Source of the DNA: Takakia lepidozioides
Lineage: Eukaryota > Plantae > Bryophyta
Length of the DNA: 64,000 nt
Assembly (NCBI GenBank): GCA_030704615.1
Contig: CM060731.1
Coordinates: 12,152,001 to 12,216,000 of the forward strand
Direction of reading: 5' to 3'
This document shows, piece after piece, positions 8,822-20,949 of the stretch. Under the pieces are notes generated by a model. The model did no database searches, was not told where the DNA came from, and saw nothing but the letters and a program-made list of their open reading frames with translations. Every line of letters begins with the position of its first letter. Within the stretch, counting starts at the first letter, position 1. The position numbers and the translations under genes were made by a program.

Positions 8822-11800
8822 TTAACCTACCTTACCTAAGGGTTTTCCCCGTTTCCCTTCCATGGCATCCTTTTTCCACTTACAGCTCACGCAGAGGAAG
8901 GGGCCTTCCAATGGCCTTGAGTTGGGCCCTGAGAAGAAAGATCCAGCATGCACTGAGATGCCATCACTCGACTCAATATCACACTGGCAGATGGCGCACA
9001 TAAATAGGCCATTTCCTCCATGAACTGATGGCTGTGGACCCAACCTGCACGCAGATCATACACATGGTCAACACCTTCCAGCTTGCACAGCTTCTGAGGA
9101 TAAGAGCTTCATGAGCACTGTGACTACAACTACCAACTAAGTAGATACATTTCCTGACAGGCAAGACCTACAATCTAACCCATGAGAGAAACAGTCATTG
9201 TGTACACAATAAAAAGCTGCAGAACAGAGCCATCACTGTCCTCCACCATTGAACTTATAACCTACATATGTACTTTTCTCTCTCCTGTCAAGTGAATTCA
9301 TGTGAAGAACAGAAAAAAACAAGACTCTGAAGATGCTCTTGAAACATTGCACTGGAAGTTGTTCACTGACCTATCAGACAGTGTGGCAGAACCTTCCTCA
9401 AAGAGTTCCTCCATAACAGGCAGTCGAGCATATCTATCAGTCTTAGCAGTTGGTGCTCGACGCAACTGGAAGAATCTTAAAAAATTGTTTTTCTTCTTCA
9501 TCGTTGAAGGTGGACGAGAATTGCTGGGTGGAATTAAGTCCACCACCAGGCAAGTGGTATCATCTCGTAGTCCTCGACACCTCAAGGTCTCCTGCAATCA
9601 AAAGCACAAAGTCCCAAATGAAGCTCAATCCAGCAGAAGGCAAGGATGCAAATTACTTGACTGCAAACTTGAAGCAATGGCAACTGTAGGGCCCACTTCC
9701 CTCTCTCCCTCTCAATCTGTATCTTGATAAAAATTGAAGCAAGTTCCACTGCTGGAGTAGGCATTCCCCACCCTAAAGTGGGCAATCTGCTGTATCATGT
9801 TCTTTCCATCAAAACTAGGCACGGGGCCTACAGCCACAAGACTTCATCAAGCAGAGTCTCAGGAATACACTCTCTTTTTGTCTGGATAACTGTGGTTGAC
9901 CACAAGAGAAGGTTTACCCTCCAAGACAAGGGGGAAGACTTGCCCCAATTTGTTGGCATCCCCTTCACACATCCAACCGCTCAAAGCAAGAACAGATACA
10001 CAACCAAAGAAATATGGGTAAACCGATGAAGAGCACACTGGTACTCCGTTAAAATTATCCAGTCTCACGGGTAGTAAACATGCTTAGTTTAAAAACACTT
10101 CAATTATACACACTATCTCATTAATGGCATGAATAATCTCAAGCATTAGCAAGGTTTGATAAAGGACTGGAAAACTCTGGATGTGAGCCAACATTTCCCA
10201 CCTTTACAATGTGCTTCGCTGCTACTTCTGGTTGCAGTAAACCACGACAGCATTTTGAAGCCTTGTCTGAGCTCAAAGCATCCCATACACCATCTGAGGC
10301 AATAATCAGCCTCCCGCCAGCATTTGAGAGCTGCACACCAATGTCTGGTTACAAGAAGTACCTAACCTACCCAGAGGACATGAGGGTTCCATGAGCAACA
10401 GGTCATTGGCAGGAAAAGGCAAAGAACTTCCTAGAGCATCAACCACCAAGCTATGCTTGTGGGCTCTGTTCATTCACAATCTCCCAAATGAGGAGAATAG
10501 AATCATCCCATCACAAAGCCATGCAAAGTTAGTGCCCATGTTGGTGCACCCAGCTCAACATATGGCACTCCCTCTTATGTGGAGGTTTGTGTGGTAGTAT
10601 TGAAGGAGCCTCTAAATTCCCGCTTAGAAATTACATATTAGTTTCTTCCAGTTCAGGATCTCCTTCTTGTCAGCTGGAAAGCAGGAAGAAATAGCCCTCA
10701 AAATCCCCACTGGAGGTCTTGTCAAATTCTATGGACTAAGGTGTTCTATATACGTATGGATTTCTATATGATGTAACTAGCTCTTTATTAGAATGAATTG
10801 TTGAGACCAAGTTAAACCAAGCTATTTTAAACAAGCAACCTGGTGACCGAGTTAACATGGGAGCTATCAAAGATGCGCAGCCCTGAATAGCAGGGCCATG
10901 CAATTCGTCCACGGATTGTGATAAAGTCTTACTACTGGGAGATTAGGAAAGAATTTATCTGTTGGTTCTCTTCTAACTTATACCAACTTCACCCCTAGAT
11001 TAGTAGAGTGTAACCAATAAAAGCCTAGAAGTAAGCTCCAACTTCTAGGCTGGAAGGTTTCTGGTTGTTTTAGACGAAATACACAACATAACTGTACAGG
11101 ATTAGATGCAGACAATCACTGGTTTATGACATCTCTAAGAAGTTTGTGGCAAACCTTTCTCAGTCTATCTTACCTTGATTTGCTTCACAAATGGTATAGG
11201 GACAATGAACTCGCCAACATCCATGTCTCCAATGGATCTTGAAAGGCAAAGACCACCTGGCCAACACCTCAAGGGGCCGATCTGCAGCTCCAGCAGACAG
11301 CACACAAGGCCGATCAATAAGTTATGAAAACGAACAAATGATATGCCTCAAATTTGGGATCAGGTAGGAGAGCTACTGGTAGATGGTAAATTGAATTAAA
11401 ATGTTAAACACATCATTCACCTTTTTTTGATGTCACTGGTCAGTTATTGTAATGTCACTGGGTCATAAACCTACTAAGTGTAGTTATCTAATCTGCCCAT
11501 TGGAAGTGGACCCTGACAAAAGAGAAATGAGGTCCCAAAGCACACAAGCAAGAAATCAAGAAAAAGGTATGCTATTCCACAATTCCATCCACAGGTTATG
11601 TGCTTCAGAATTGAGGATAGTTCCTTCTATCTTGAAAAAGTACTTCGCTCCTTATAAAGAAGTAGAAGAGGAACACTAGGGACCTGCAGGAGCAACGACA
11701 ACCATCACAGGCCTCTTGACCTAGAAAGGTGTACAAGAAAAGTGAACTGCAGAAAGCCATAGAACGGTCGGTTTCCCCTCCCCTTGCTACTAGGATTCCT

Positions 11801-14194
11801 CTGAGCCCGCGCATCATTGGTTGGACAAATATGAAGCGGTTACTTCCCATTGTTGCTCTATCTCCGTGTTTTCACCCTAAGCTTCGTCAAAGCCCCCAAT
11901 AATTTAAGGCCCTTGCACACTTGGTTGATTGCTCAAGCCAGTTCCTATGCTGGAATCACTAGTGGCTGTCCGACAACTATGCCCGCGCACTACATGAATC
12001 GAGGCTTTTGCCCATATTTGGTCCTGGTTTACATACACCAACGTATTTTGCTTGGGATATGTAGCCCTTTCTCGGGCAGTGGTTGTGTATCAAGTTGGTT
12101 AACCTGACCCTGACCACCCCGGTTAAGGGACACAAACAAGGAGGGCAGTCCCTTCTTGCGCCCCCATTGACCAACTGCTCACAAACATGCTGGATTATTG
12201 GCCCAAGATGTCGCATTGGCCTGCTGCACGTGCTTCCCTATGGCAGTCAGACATACATGTAGGAATATGGGTACCATTCCTAATCGGAAATGAGCCTTGC
12301 ACGGCACACTAGTGATAGAATCAATAGAACCTGAAATGGGGAGAACACCCAATGAATGAGGACTAGAAGTGGCTGAATCAACAGATCCACCAGAATGACT
12401 GGTTATACAACTTGCGGGCAAATAGATCGTCCATCTGGTACCTGCGCCCACTTCTACCAGAGCGGAACTTGGGGGAAGTAATAGTGGTAACCGTGGGTAG
12501 GAGATCAGCCACTGAGCAGCACGATAACACTCTCAAAGGTTCTCACGAACCATTCTTCTTTTACCATCATAAGCAACTAAAATGCTAATGGAGGATGCAG
12601 GCTAACCTCCAAGCAACCTAATCAATCCAGAGATCCCTTAAGCGACGTTACATTGGTTTGCATCATACCTCATTACCACCAACAATGCTCAGCCTGCCCA
12701 CCTCCCCACCACTCGCTTTGATGCGGTCCCTCCTGCAAATGTACAAACTCACAATGAGACTATTCATAGAATCCTCTATGAGTAAGCACGAGGACCCAGG
12801 GAGAGGGCTCTGAAAGATTCAGATCATAAATTGCAACAATGCATGGATGATCTCTAACTTATCTCCTTTCATCTGACATGAACTAAAGAGAGGTTCAACA
12901 CTACAACTGAAAATAGGAGATAAACTGGACGATCAGGAGATGATGAATAAGTCTTACTCTTCTGAATTTGTGTCAAGTCTGTGATCCACGGTTAGAGTTG
13001 ACACAACTCCTTGAGAATCCAGTACGCATCGGGAGTCTCCAACGCATGCTACAGTTACAGTCCATCCATCTATCACCACAAAGGTGACAGTTGTTCCTGA
13101 TGTTTGCTCTGACAGCCCGACCAAATAACCATGTTCCCTTGTCAAAAAGGATGTTTCAAAGAAGCATGACCAAAACATCAGGCCCGCAGCATAGATACTC
13201 CATTGAGCAGGCACTAGCGCAGGTAGCCCAGTGGTTGGGTGTTTGTGCCTTCCTGTGCATAACTTAGGTGATCTAGGGTTCAAAGTGTCCGTCTTCCAAT
13301 GGAAGGCAGTAGTCCTGCGGGATGAAGAGACACTATAATTTACGCTTCCTTCAGAAGGAGTCCTCTATATTTTTTTCCCCATTGAGCAGAACAAACTTGC
13401 AGACTTCAAATACCTTTTAGCTGGAAATCCTTGTCAGTCTTTACAAATCCTGCAACCAATGCTCGTGGTAGGGCTGCCAACCACTCATCCCTGTTGAGGC
13501 CAGCGGGGATGGCACTCATTACATCATTCAGGAGATTGTCTTTTGTATAAATGGCTGCTGCTGCTCCATTGTGACCGTCAAAAATCTGGTTGGACCGTCC
13601 ACAACTTTAGTAAGACACCAGCCAGTCACAACTTACCAACCCTGTTCAGGCAACTATGCCACCATTCAATTATACCTGCAGGAGTAAGCAGCCCTAAGCA
13701 AGGACGCTTAAAAATGGATCATTGATCCACTTTGCACAAAGTAAACATACACGATACAAGTCATTGTCTATTTCTGCATCCAATCTACTAAACCTGACCA
13801 ATAAAGCATTCAGTAATGAATGGCATTGTACAGAAGGATGTCAATTGCAAAAGGAGACTGCAAGCTGAACCGCCTGACTCCAGAACTGGGACCACAATCA
13901 CTATGGAGGAGAACTTTCCTCTTCCATGAGCCTTTCCCAGGAGCGTACCGCGAAAACTGCGTACGTTGAGGAACTATCACCAGATATTCTTTGACAGTTT
14001 GTCTTCACAAGAGCAAAATCTTCTCCTTTCCTTGGCTGCAGAGCTAGACCACAAAGCAGGATTGGGTTTTCCGCCACCTCGTTCTTCAACTCACAAGCAA
14101 GTAAAGAGGCTAAAGGCACCATTTGTGGGGCCTTCCCTTGGCCTGCACAGGTCCCATTCGAGCGGCTCACCCTTCCATTCTGTCGTGAGTTCAT
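8822..14194 (-). CDS. Protein phosphatase 2C (plant clade-H-like), 8 coding exons
   Basis: Exons 14194-13949, 13585-13414, 13108-12958, 12732-12669, 11281-11174, 10330-10202, 9591-9371 and 9044-8822 join in frame through GT-AG introns. Motifs: [58 protein letters not shown]. Confidence 0.93.
11650..12600 (-). mobile_element. Highly degenerate retroelement-like insertion in PP2C intron 4
   Basis: The intron is enlarged and contains broken coding-like frames that do not belong to the PP2C. Weak resemblance to L1 ORF1. Confidence 0.25.
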
Positions 14195-17100
14195 GGCGTT
14201 TCTTAAGGGGTCAATTGCACATCTGCATTTCCACAATACTCAAACTGAAGATGTCTTCACCCAGTAGCACTTGAATGCTTGATTCTTCCCAAAAAAGCTC
14301 CCTGTATTTTAACAGAACAAATAATGATATCTTTCTTAGCAGCACTAACAATATTGAGCAATACTGAGGTAAAAAAGGTCTGCAGTTACATAGGGCTGCT
14401 TGTGTCTGCATTCAAAGGTCTCAACAAAATGAGAATGAGGGAACGAGTATACAGTAACAGAGCAGAGAACATCGGCTCTTAAAAGAACAATGCTCCTTAC
14501 GGCATCTCCATCTGTCTCTTGTGGGTGTGTGTGCATATCCCTCTCTACAATCGTCTTTTTATGTGTCTGTGTTTGTCTCAGTTTCTGTCCCTCTCTCTGA
14601 ATTTCACACTTAATCCCATTCCTTGTCTTGTGTGACCTCTCTTGTCTCATCTTAAGAATGGTCAAACCACTAAGTCAACAGACTGCACATTGAAGCCTGC
14701 TTCCCCACACCTGGTGTGGTGAGCCAAATGTTCCTTCTTCGTGTTACAGTTTATGCTTCACAGTTTGACATGTTGCTGCTTCACACGCCTTGTATTGGCA
14801 TAGGCTAGGTTAACTAACAGGAATTCATTAGACTTTGCTTGGCCTATATGTCAGAGAGAGAGAGAGGGAGATGAACTAGTTAGCCTTGCCGAACTGGCTT
14901 AGTTTTGATAGGAAAAAGGGCGAGAGGACATGACAATCCTGAATAGATAGACCACTCAATAGATCTCTCATTGTAATCTTCCAGTCATATTGAAGAGATG
15001 CTACTTATTACTCTATGGTCTCTTTGAAAGGTGTCTGTGGGGCTGCTGACAGCCAAAGATGACCAGGTGGAGGTTATTTGGAGATCAGCACAATGTATGG
15101 TGAACTAATGTAATTTTTTGTGCATGGAGAATGACAGGAATTTCTGTACAGTGAGCCACAATGTCAACAAACATTAATGTCTGAAATTCAGGTATACTGC
15201 TACTGGACACAGTTGACCAGTGAAATTCTGGGTGTAATCTCACACACACAACAATCCTTACTCGTTGCTTTACAGATTGCACATTTACAATGAGAAGAGA
15301 CGGGCTTTCTGTCTACAGTCTGTGGGCTTCTAATCGAACAGAATACTATAATCTGTGCAGTTTTGCTGGATCACTACATTCAACACCAGTGATTTCCAGC
15401 ACAAACGATCCAAAGCAAGATCCAGCAAGCTCAGAAGACTGTATTTGCAACCGATCTACGGTTCAAATCTTCGGATCTGGTACATAATTACCAGAAGTGA
15501 GCAATGACTACAACAGTGCAGACTATGTAAGGAAGGCTGACTAGGGCTTCTACAGGTTACCAAAGGTGTCTATTCATAGACGTGGCCTAGATTGCATTTC
15601 AGTTGGAAGTAGAACAGACGAACACACAACTACAGGAATTGATACGCTTTACTGAGATTGCACTGGGAAGGAATTAGAGCAGAGAGCAGAGTCAATCTGG
15701 CCCGACCTGGAATTGACTAAGAAGAGAGTTGCAATGGCGGGATTTCGAAATGCAGATCAAAGTAGGGAGGAGATTTTACTGTAATCTACGCTACCGAACA
15801 AGAGAAGACGCGGACCACACCTAAATAATCTGACACAGACAACAACAGAGACTTCACCTGGAGAATGCCTGAAGAATGCACCGGATCCCGATTGCATGCG
15901 GGAGATTGTCCTCCAAAGACCGCGGGTACAATGCGACCCCCGCCTCATTTGCATCTGACCCCCTCCACTACTTTATGAAGCAAAGATGAGCCTGATATTC
16001 AGGCCAACACTCCCTCGATGCTACCAATCCACCACGCGCTTTCTCATGCCATAAGCCCCGTAGCTAAGCGGATCCCGAATGAAACTCAAAATTGTGTGAC
16101 GTCCAAGCCTGGCTCTCTGCCTTGCTCCCGCATGAGACCTTACACAGCACTCTGCGTGCACATGCGATCGTGCAAATGCTCGCGCTTGCGCACTGGCCGA
16201 GCTGCCTCGGGACCAGGGAAGGCTCGAGCCATAAAAGCCGAGAAAGATGACAAACACTCCAAGAATACTAACTATATAAATAGATAAAGCTATAAATCCA
16301 GCAATTTGCGCTATAAGTCACGCTTTCTCCATTCAAAGGCTCGCATTCTTTTGGATTAGGTTCAAATGTGAGGATAAATAAGTTTGTCGGATGTCCTTTG
16401 TCTTAATCCAAATCGACACGGACTTTCATTTTTTTCCCATAGCTTTACTGCAAGGGCCAAAAAGGACAGCATTCATCTCTTCCCCTATTTTCATCCATCT
16501 AGGTGACTGCTACATAGTTTTTGGATGAGAAGCTGCACCTCTCTCCGTCGCAAAATCGACCGGAATAGAAGTGTATTGCGACTTAGTAGTATGTCCGACG
16601 TGGCGTCATAAGAGTGGTACCAATCCGGCGATAAGTGCAAAGTACGGGTCAACGACGCTGGGTGCCTATGCTATCTGCCACGTTAACATTTCGAGATGTG
16701 GTGTTTTCTCTCGGGATCTCAATTCTTGAGAAGAAAACTACATCTTTTTCTTTTCTACGATCGTAAGTCAAATAATTTTAAAATAATAATAATACGGTAA
16801 TAATAATAATAATTTCTTGCCCTCGCACTCACTCTTTGGCACATAGGTATAGAAGAGTGGATGCGACAACAGCTCCCCACTCCTCTATCGTCCATTCTTC
16901 ATAGGATTTATTTTGATTTGCTAATTGAAGATCAGAAGAGGGAGGGAGTCCGGTCTGAAGCTATTTGTAGATGTAAGTTATCAGGGCAGGAGATCAGAGC
17001 TCCCCAAAGATTTCTTTGTGGGGCGGGGCAGGCTTAGACACCGAGATACGTGCCTCCAGCATTCCCCAATGTTGGCTGCTCTCCAAATAGTTTGAGTGGG

Positions 17101-17299
17101 TAGAGTGCTCTGCGATTTTGTGTACGAACGCAAGTACCCTTCATAGAGTGATCTCTAATAAGAGAGAGATGACGCCAACCCAAATTAGCATAAATAAAAG
17201 TCTGTTCCCTTTGCGGATATTGGTCTTTATGGGGGATGGTTCTCAGGGCCAAATTGTGGATCTCGGGGCAGAAGAGACCTGATTAATCAGATTTCAGCC

Positions 17300-19800
17300 A
17301 AAAAAGAATCATACCTTACCTACATCATTGCAAATTTGGAGATGATATTGATGTAGATGATAAGAATTTAGTCTCTATGAGTGAATTTATTGGGTTGCCA
17401 ACTTTCGGCAATTCCCCCAAATGGCACTACAAAGGAGCTACAAGAAAAATAAATATGAAAACTCTGCAAACTTTGTGGGAAGGTGGTCCGGTTATCTGGT
17501 GTAAAATGAGCTCCCAAAAAAGAACTGAAAAATATTTTGTGTTTTAGAAATTTCAGTAGGTGTTGGATTTTTTTGTCCTTCACTAAATTATTATATTAAC
17601 CCCTCCATTTCTTTGGTTTCTTTTCAAATGATCCTGAGGTGGTAGTGATCCAAGAAGTTAGCGAACCTCCTATAACTTATTAGGTCAATTATCGTGGACT
17701 TTCTATTAGATTTTGACCTTCTTTAAAGAGACACCATAATTTATGCTTCCATTTGGATCTTCTTGTGGCTTCATGTTTTTTCATGTTCACTCTTTTTCGG
17801 ATGTCCCCATAGTGAGGCCGACCTGAAGACGATCACGTACTAAACTCTTAGCTATCATACTATGTGTCATACACCTTTGGTAAACTCCCATAAGTTATAA
17901 TTACTCCTTAAATTAGTGTGTGCACCAAACTCGTTCCTTGGCCAACTTAGAGCTCCGACTACTCATCTGGGCATAACTGTCTTGGCTCGCTTTGGTGACC
18001 CTCGAAAGATGTCTCACTTGGGGAATCCCTATGATTATAGGTAATTAATTACGGATCAACTCCCCCACTTGGTCACATTCCATGTCGTTCAATGTTTCAC
18101 TAGTTTTGGCCGTGGCTTGCACCATTTTCGGGTTATTACGCCCTCCACTATGATCACCCTACCTGGGAGCCCTCACCACAGCCCAATTGAGGAGCTCCAT
18201 CTAGTAAGTGCCTCTGCCCCTTTGAGTGCTTTAGCCATGCAAGGGTCGTTCAGCCGGCCCACTCCCATGTTGCCACTGTCCCACCACAAAAGCAATCTCT
18301 CTGGTGTCCCTAACCCCTCCTCCTCAAAGCAAAGGGCAGTGACGATGTAGGATTTTTTTTTAAATAATAATTCCATGAATTGCGTGTTGCCCATTTTGCA
18401 ACTACCCAATCAAATCGCTGAAAAGGCTGGTATGAACATTAATTGTCGCGCACTTTGCTCTTTTATATAAACTCCATTTGACGCCGCTCTTAATAGTTTA
18501 GTGCATGTGCCTAACTCTCCACTTGTTGCTTGGCTAAACAAGAACTTCGACTGCTTATAGAGGCATAAGCTAAGTCCCTCAAGTACCATGGGGGGTCACA
18601 TGGATGACGGGACTTCCCTATGGTTATATGCAGTTTGGAATAGCTCACTAGGCTTGATCAATCTTTCTCTAATTTGGATTAGTCCCCTTGGTAACTTAAC
18701 GGGCTCCCACCGCTCTCAGGTAGGTGTCAGCTATGGGCTCCCAAACAACCCCTTCAATTTTGGTATACCACTACAAAGACCTTTAACTCCCTATGAGGAA
18801 ACGAGATAAGTCGTTGCCCACATCACATGGCCCCATTGCTCTGCAGCGAGTCTCAAGACTCCTCCACAACTTCCAACTCGAGTCTCTAAGCTCTTGGCCG
18901 TGAGTCCTACCACCCCTCCACTATGACCTTCCACTACGATTCCTTACTCTATGACCAACCCATTTGGAGACCCACCACCTCAGAGTTAATGGTCAACTCC
19001 ATCGTGCACTGTCTTCATCCCCTTGAGTACCTTAGCCACGCAAGGGTCGTTTAACCCCCACTCCCCACTACTATCGCAACTTGTGATGTTTAATTTTTTC
19101 TACATCACCTTGAGTAAGAGGTTCTAGCTTTTGCTTGAACCCTTCATACTATGCAATAATTGTGTTTGTTGTACATCTCAATCACTACAATTGAGTTTGC
19201 ATTGAGATGTTATCCCAAAATATGAGAGCCATGCCAGAGCCTCAGAGCCTCACTCTGACTCTGCTTTCGAAGACTATATGACTACAGTATATAAACGCAA
19301 ACACGTAGCTCACACGTTAGCAAACCATAGTATGAGCCCACCACCCCAGACGCACAATAATAAGGTACACATTGGCCTCCGTAAACTCACCATATTTCAT
19401 ATCTTTTCCAACTTGCAAGTTCATTGCCTTTGACAAAAGTTAGCACAAGTAGTGTAGATCAGTTAGCAGCTGAAGCCATCTTTCTCTCCAGACTTGTATC
19501 TGGAACTATACAAACACATAATTTCGTTATCACAAGTATCCAGTTGAGTTAGCAACTCCAAAGCTGTGGAACAAGTATGTCATCTCGTTCCTTTTCTTTA
19601 CCTTCCTAGATGCTTACTTGCTTTACGTTGGGGAAGGCGCCTCGGGCTATTGGCCTTGGCTCCAGCCCAACAAATGAAGGAAGGACCTCCACTTGGGTTC
19701 TTCCCCTATACTTTTGCTATTGGAGGCGATAATGTTGATGAATGGATGAACGAGGCATTGAGATGATGGATGACAACATCCATCCAGTACCGATAGACAT
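17300..19800. mobile_element. Degenerate TE-derived intergenic DNA with an internal dispersed duplication
   Basis: About 18140-18280 and 18915-19075 are diverged copies (shared core CCCTTGAGT.C.TTAGCCA.GCAAGGGTCGTT). No intact ORF. Confidence 0.3.
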
Positions 19801-20949
19801 CAATGTTCATTTTGTGTTAAAACATTACACATGCTTATTTAAAAAAATGAGGCAGGTCACTCCGAGAAGGGCACACATGGCGCACGTCCATTCGGGCCTC
19901 TCACATCTAGCCTAGCGTCGCCACTTTCACCACTGCCCCTCATGGCTAACCCTGTATTACCTAGCCTGAATACTTACACGTTTAGCCACAACGGGACAGT
20001 TACGTGGCCAGCCATCCTAATATTAGTGATAACTATTAATATGATCACCGTTCCAAGTCAGCACCACCGGCGCCGGTAATAAGGCGGGGTCCACAGGATG
20101 AGCTGGCTTCCCGACTGGTCAGAAAGTCGACACAGCATTCATCCAAACATCATCCAAAGTTTGTAGTAAAAATACATCGCAAATGTGGGTAGGTACCTGC
20201 CTAGGTAGGTGGGTAGATAGTAGATAGGCCCAACATACCCAAGGAGGTAGATAGCATGGAGTACGTGGTGCGTTTCGTGGAGGCTTGGGTAACCGTAGTT
20301 AAGTTAGAGTGAAGCGATTAGGGTCTGCTGGCCTATCTTCTCGACTCTTCTCTCTCGCTTTCCTCTACTGTTTGTGTGGTGTGCACGCCACCGCTTCTGC
20401 TCTATCCTTTACTCGCTACCAAGCCTTGCAGCGCTGCTTCTCTGTTGTGCTTTTGCTTCTAGGCAAACTGATTTTAGAAGGCTTTTCCACCGTCCTTGTA
20501 CAGGTTGAAGGTCTGGGGAACCTTTCCTTCCCTTCTCGCTCATACGCTTCTGTGTCAGGCTTTGCCACCGCTTGTGATCTGTTGGCTTTTGGAGGTTGAG
20601 TTTTGGGAAGTGCGCTTGCCCGCCGGTTATTGCTACTTCCAAGGCGACTTCCATTACCTCCGGTGGAGAACAGCGGTTTCAGGAGGCTTTTCTGCAGTGT
20701 TCTTATTTCATTCCTTGGGGAGGGTGAGGTCGTGGATAGCACTTGTAGTTGAGGTTGGCTTCCATACGGTGCCTTCCTGTCTTGCACCTGTCTGGCTTTG
20801 ACCGCGTTTCCAGTAGTTTTGCTGGTGCGTGGTATTCTTCTTTGCGGCCTTCTGTTCTCCCTGCCAGCGCGAGGTCACTTGTTTGTGGGAACTTCCCTTG
20901 GAGCAGACCGAGTGGGCCTTCTGTGGATCTTGATTTCGGGAGCATTAAG

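Noticed and set aside
15858-15954. Upstream ORF in the probable PP2C leader exon
   Set aside because: The leader splicing is unverified and no conserved peptide was recognised.
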